Part shown: piece by piece, positions 62,875 through 64,000 of the stretch
Position numbering within the stretch: the first letter of the stretch is position 1
How the letters are laid out: the number at the start of each line of letters is the position of its first letter
Assembly: GCF_001194135.2 (NCBI RefSeq)
Contig: NC_069004.1
Location: forward strand, 19,464,343 to 19,528,342
DNA: 64,000 nucleotides
Direction: 5' to 3'
Source: Octopus bimaculoides
Taxonomy: Eukaryota
Notes under the pieces: model-generated
What the model saw: only the letters and a program-made list of their open reading frames with translations
The model's database searches: none
Told to the model about the DNA's origin: nothing
Program-made: the position numbers and the translations under genes

Positions 62875-64000
62875 GAGAGATTTAGAAATAATAGTATTTC
62901 TATTCATATATATATATATATANNNNNNNNNNNNNNNNNNNNNNNNNNNNNNNNNNNNNNNNNNNNNNNNNNNNNNNNNNNNNNNNNNNNNNNNNNNNNN
63001 NNNNNNNNNNNNNNNNNNNNNNNNNNNNNNNNNNNNNNNNNNNNNNNNNNNNNNNNNNNNNNNNNNNNNNNNNNNNNNNNNNNNNNNNNNNNNNNNNNNN
63101 NNNNNNNNNNNNNNNNNNNNNNNNNNNNNNNNNNNNNNNNNNNNNNNNNNNNNNNNNNNNNNNNNNNNNNNNNNNNNNNNNNNNNNNNNNNNNNNNNNNT
63201 ATATATATATATTGAGAGAGAGAGAGAGAGAGAGAGAAATGTATGTGTGTACTACTCTCTCCTTGTCTTGATTTCATGAACAGTCAGAAATGAATGTCAC
63301 AGTCATACAGGTGTTTTTCATTTTCAATTTGCCATGGAAACATGTCTAGCCATGGAGAAATATTAACTTGCCTGGAAACAGGTGAAGGTTGATGACAGGA
63401 AGGGCATCTGATTGTAGAAAATCTAGATTGCCTCAATAAACTCTGTCCAACCCAAGTGTGGAAAAATGGACGTTAATGGTTATTATTAATGAATTGTATT
63501 GATTCAGATTTTGAATCCCAATACGAGAGAGTGCAATATTTGTTCCTCAATCAAATTTACCCTTGATCCATTGTGAACCCTGCACTCCTCAGGGTGCAAG
63601 CCATCAGTCTCTCACTTTTAACCTATTTATCTTCCCATTAAAACACGTACTCCTCAGCAACTTCTGAATCCTACCTTCAGATCCCCACAACTGCTCCAAT
63701 CTCTCCTGTGCCACCTCCTCTCACCTTTGAAAAAAAGAAAATGATAGGAAATTCAATGACACCCCCAGTTAGAGGCTCCATAATGCCCAGCTGTACACAA
63801 CTAAGCACTTCTAAGTGCACTCACTGGCAATGCAACACTTGTCTCTACATTAACAATACTACAACCATCACAGTACTACATTACCACCAAAATTGCACCA
63901 CTCATTTTATATTTGGTGAGTAGGCCATTGTTTTGCCAATCACTATTGTGAGCAGGTTTGAAGTGTACTACTATGTATGCTAGGCTAACCTGTTGCCTCC

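Larger units (their letters stand above)
1814..63200. other. Assembly gaps (N-runs)
   Basis: 1814-2094, 21083-21092, 22825-22834, 25139-26130, 34199-34544, 36148-36561, 47066-47551, 49637-50148, 56168-56558, 62923-63200. Most abut (TA)n or (GA)n. Confidence 0.99.

Noticed and set aside
1684-63279. Long ORFs in the track that are full of X
   Set aside because: They are open only because they run through N-gaps and (TA)n. The only real coding part is the RT segment at 26131-26474.
1-64000. CRISPR arrays, rRNA, true tRNA genes, prokaryotic operons
   Set aside because: None seen. The A-box and B-box motifs all belong to SINE heads, and there are no repeat-spacer arrays.

Overview
AT-rich, microsatellite-dense eukaryotic genomic DNA with ten N-gaps (about 3.7 kb in total). 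The SINE and RTE repertoire looks like Octopus; this is inferred from recognising the repeats, not from a database hit. No complete host gene can be supported, only weak exon and splice-site candidates, so the window is probably intronic or intergenic. It is mostly a mosaic of decayed mobile elements: one mariner (DD34D), three maT-type (DD37D) copies, a Tc1 fragment with DD36E spacing, RTE LINE fragments, three abundant SINE families, hAT and piggyBac-type MITEs, two foldback elements and a non-autonomous Helentron. The most interesting signal is a set of minimal type I hammerhead ribozyme motifs with palindromic stem III, the form known from Penelope-like elements and retrozymes. One has a fully intact core (1483-1551, + strand), three are near-intact (18808-18896, 47723-47757, 57268-57377, all - strand) and two more look decayed. 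They share no flanking sequence and none lies next to a recognisable Penelope ORF. A roughly 9 kb stretch (about 30.1-39.1 kb) almost lacks SINEs and transposons and may be a regulatory domain.
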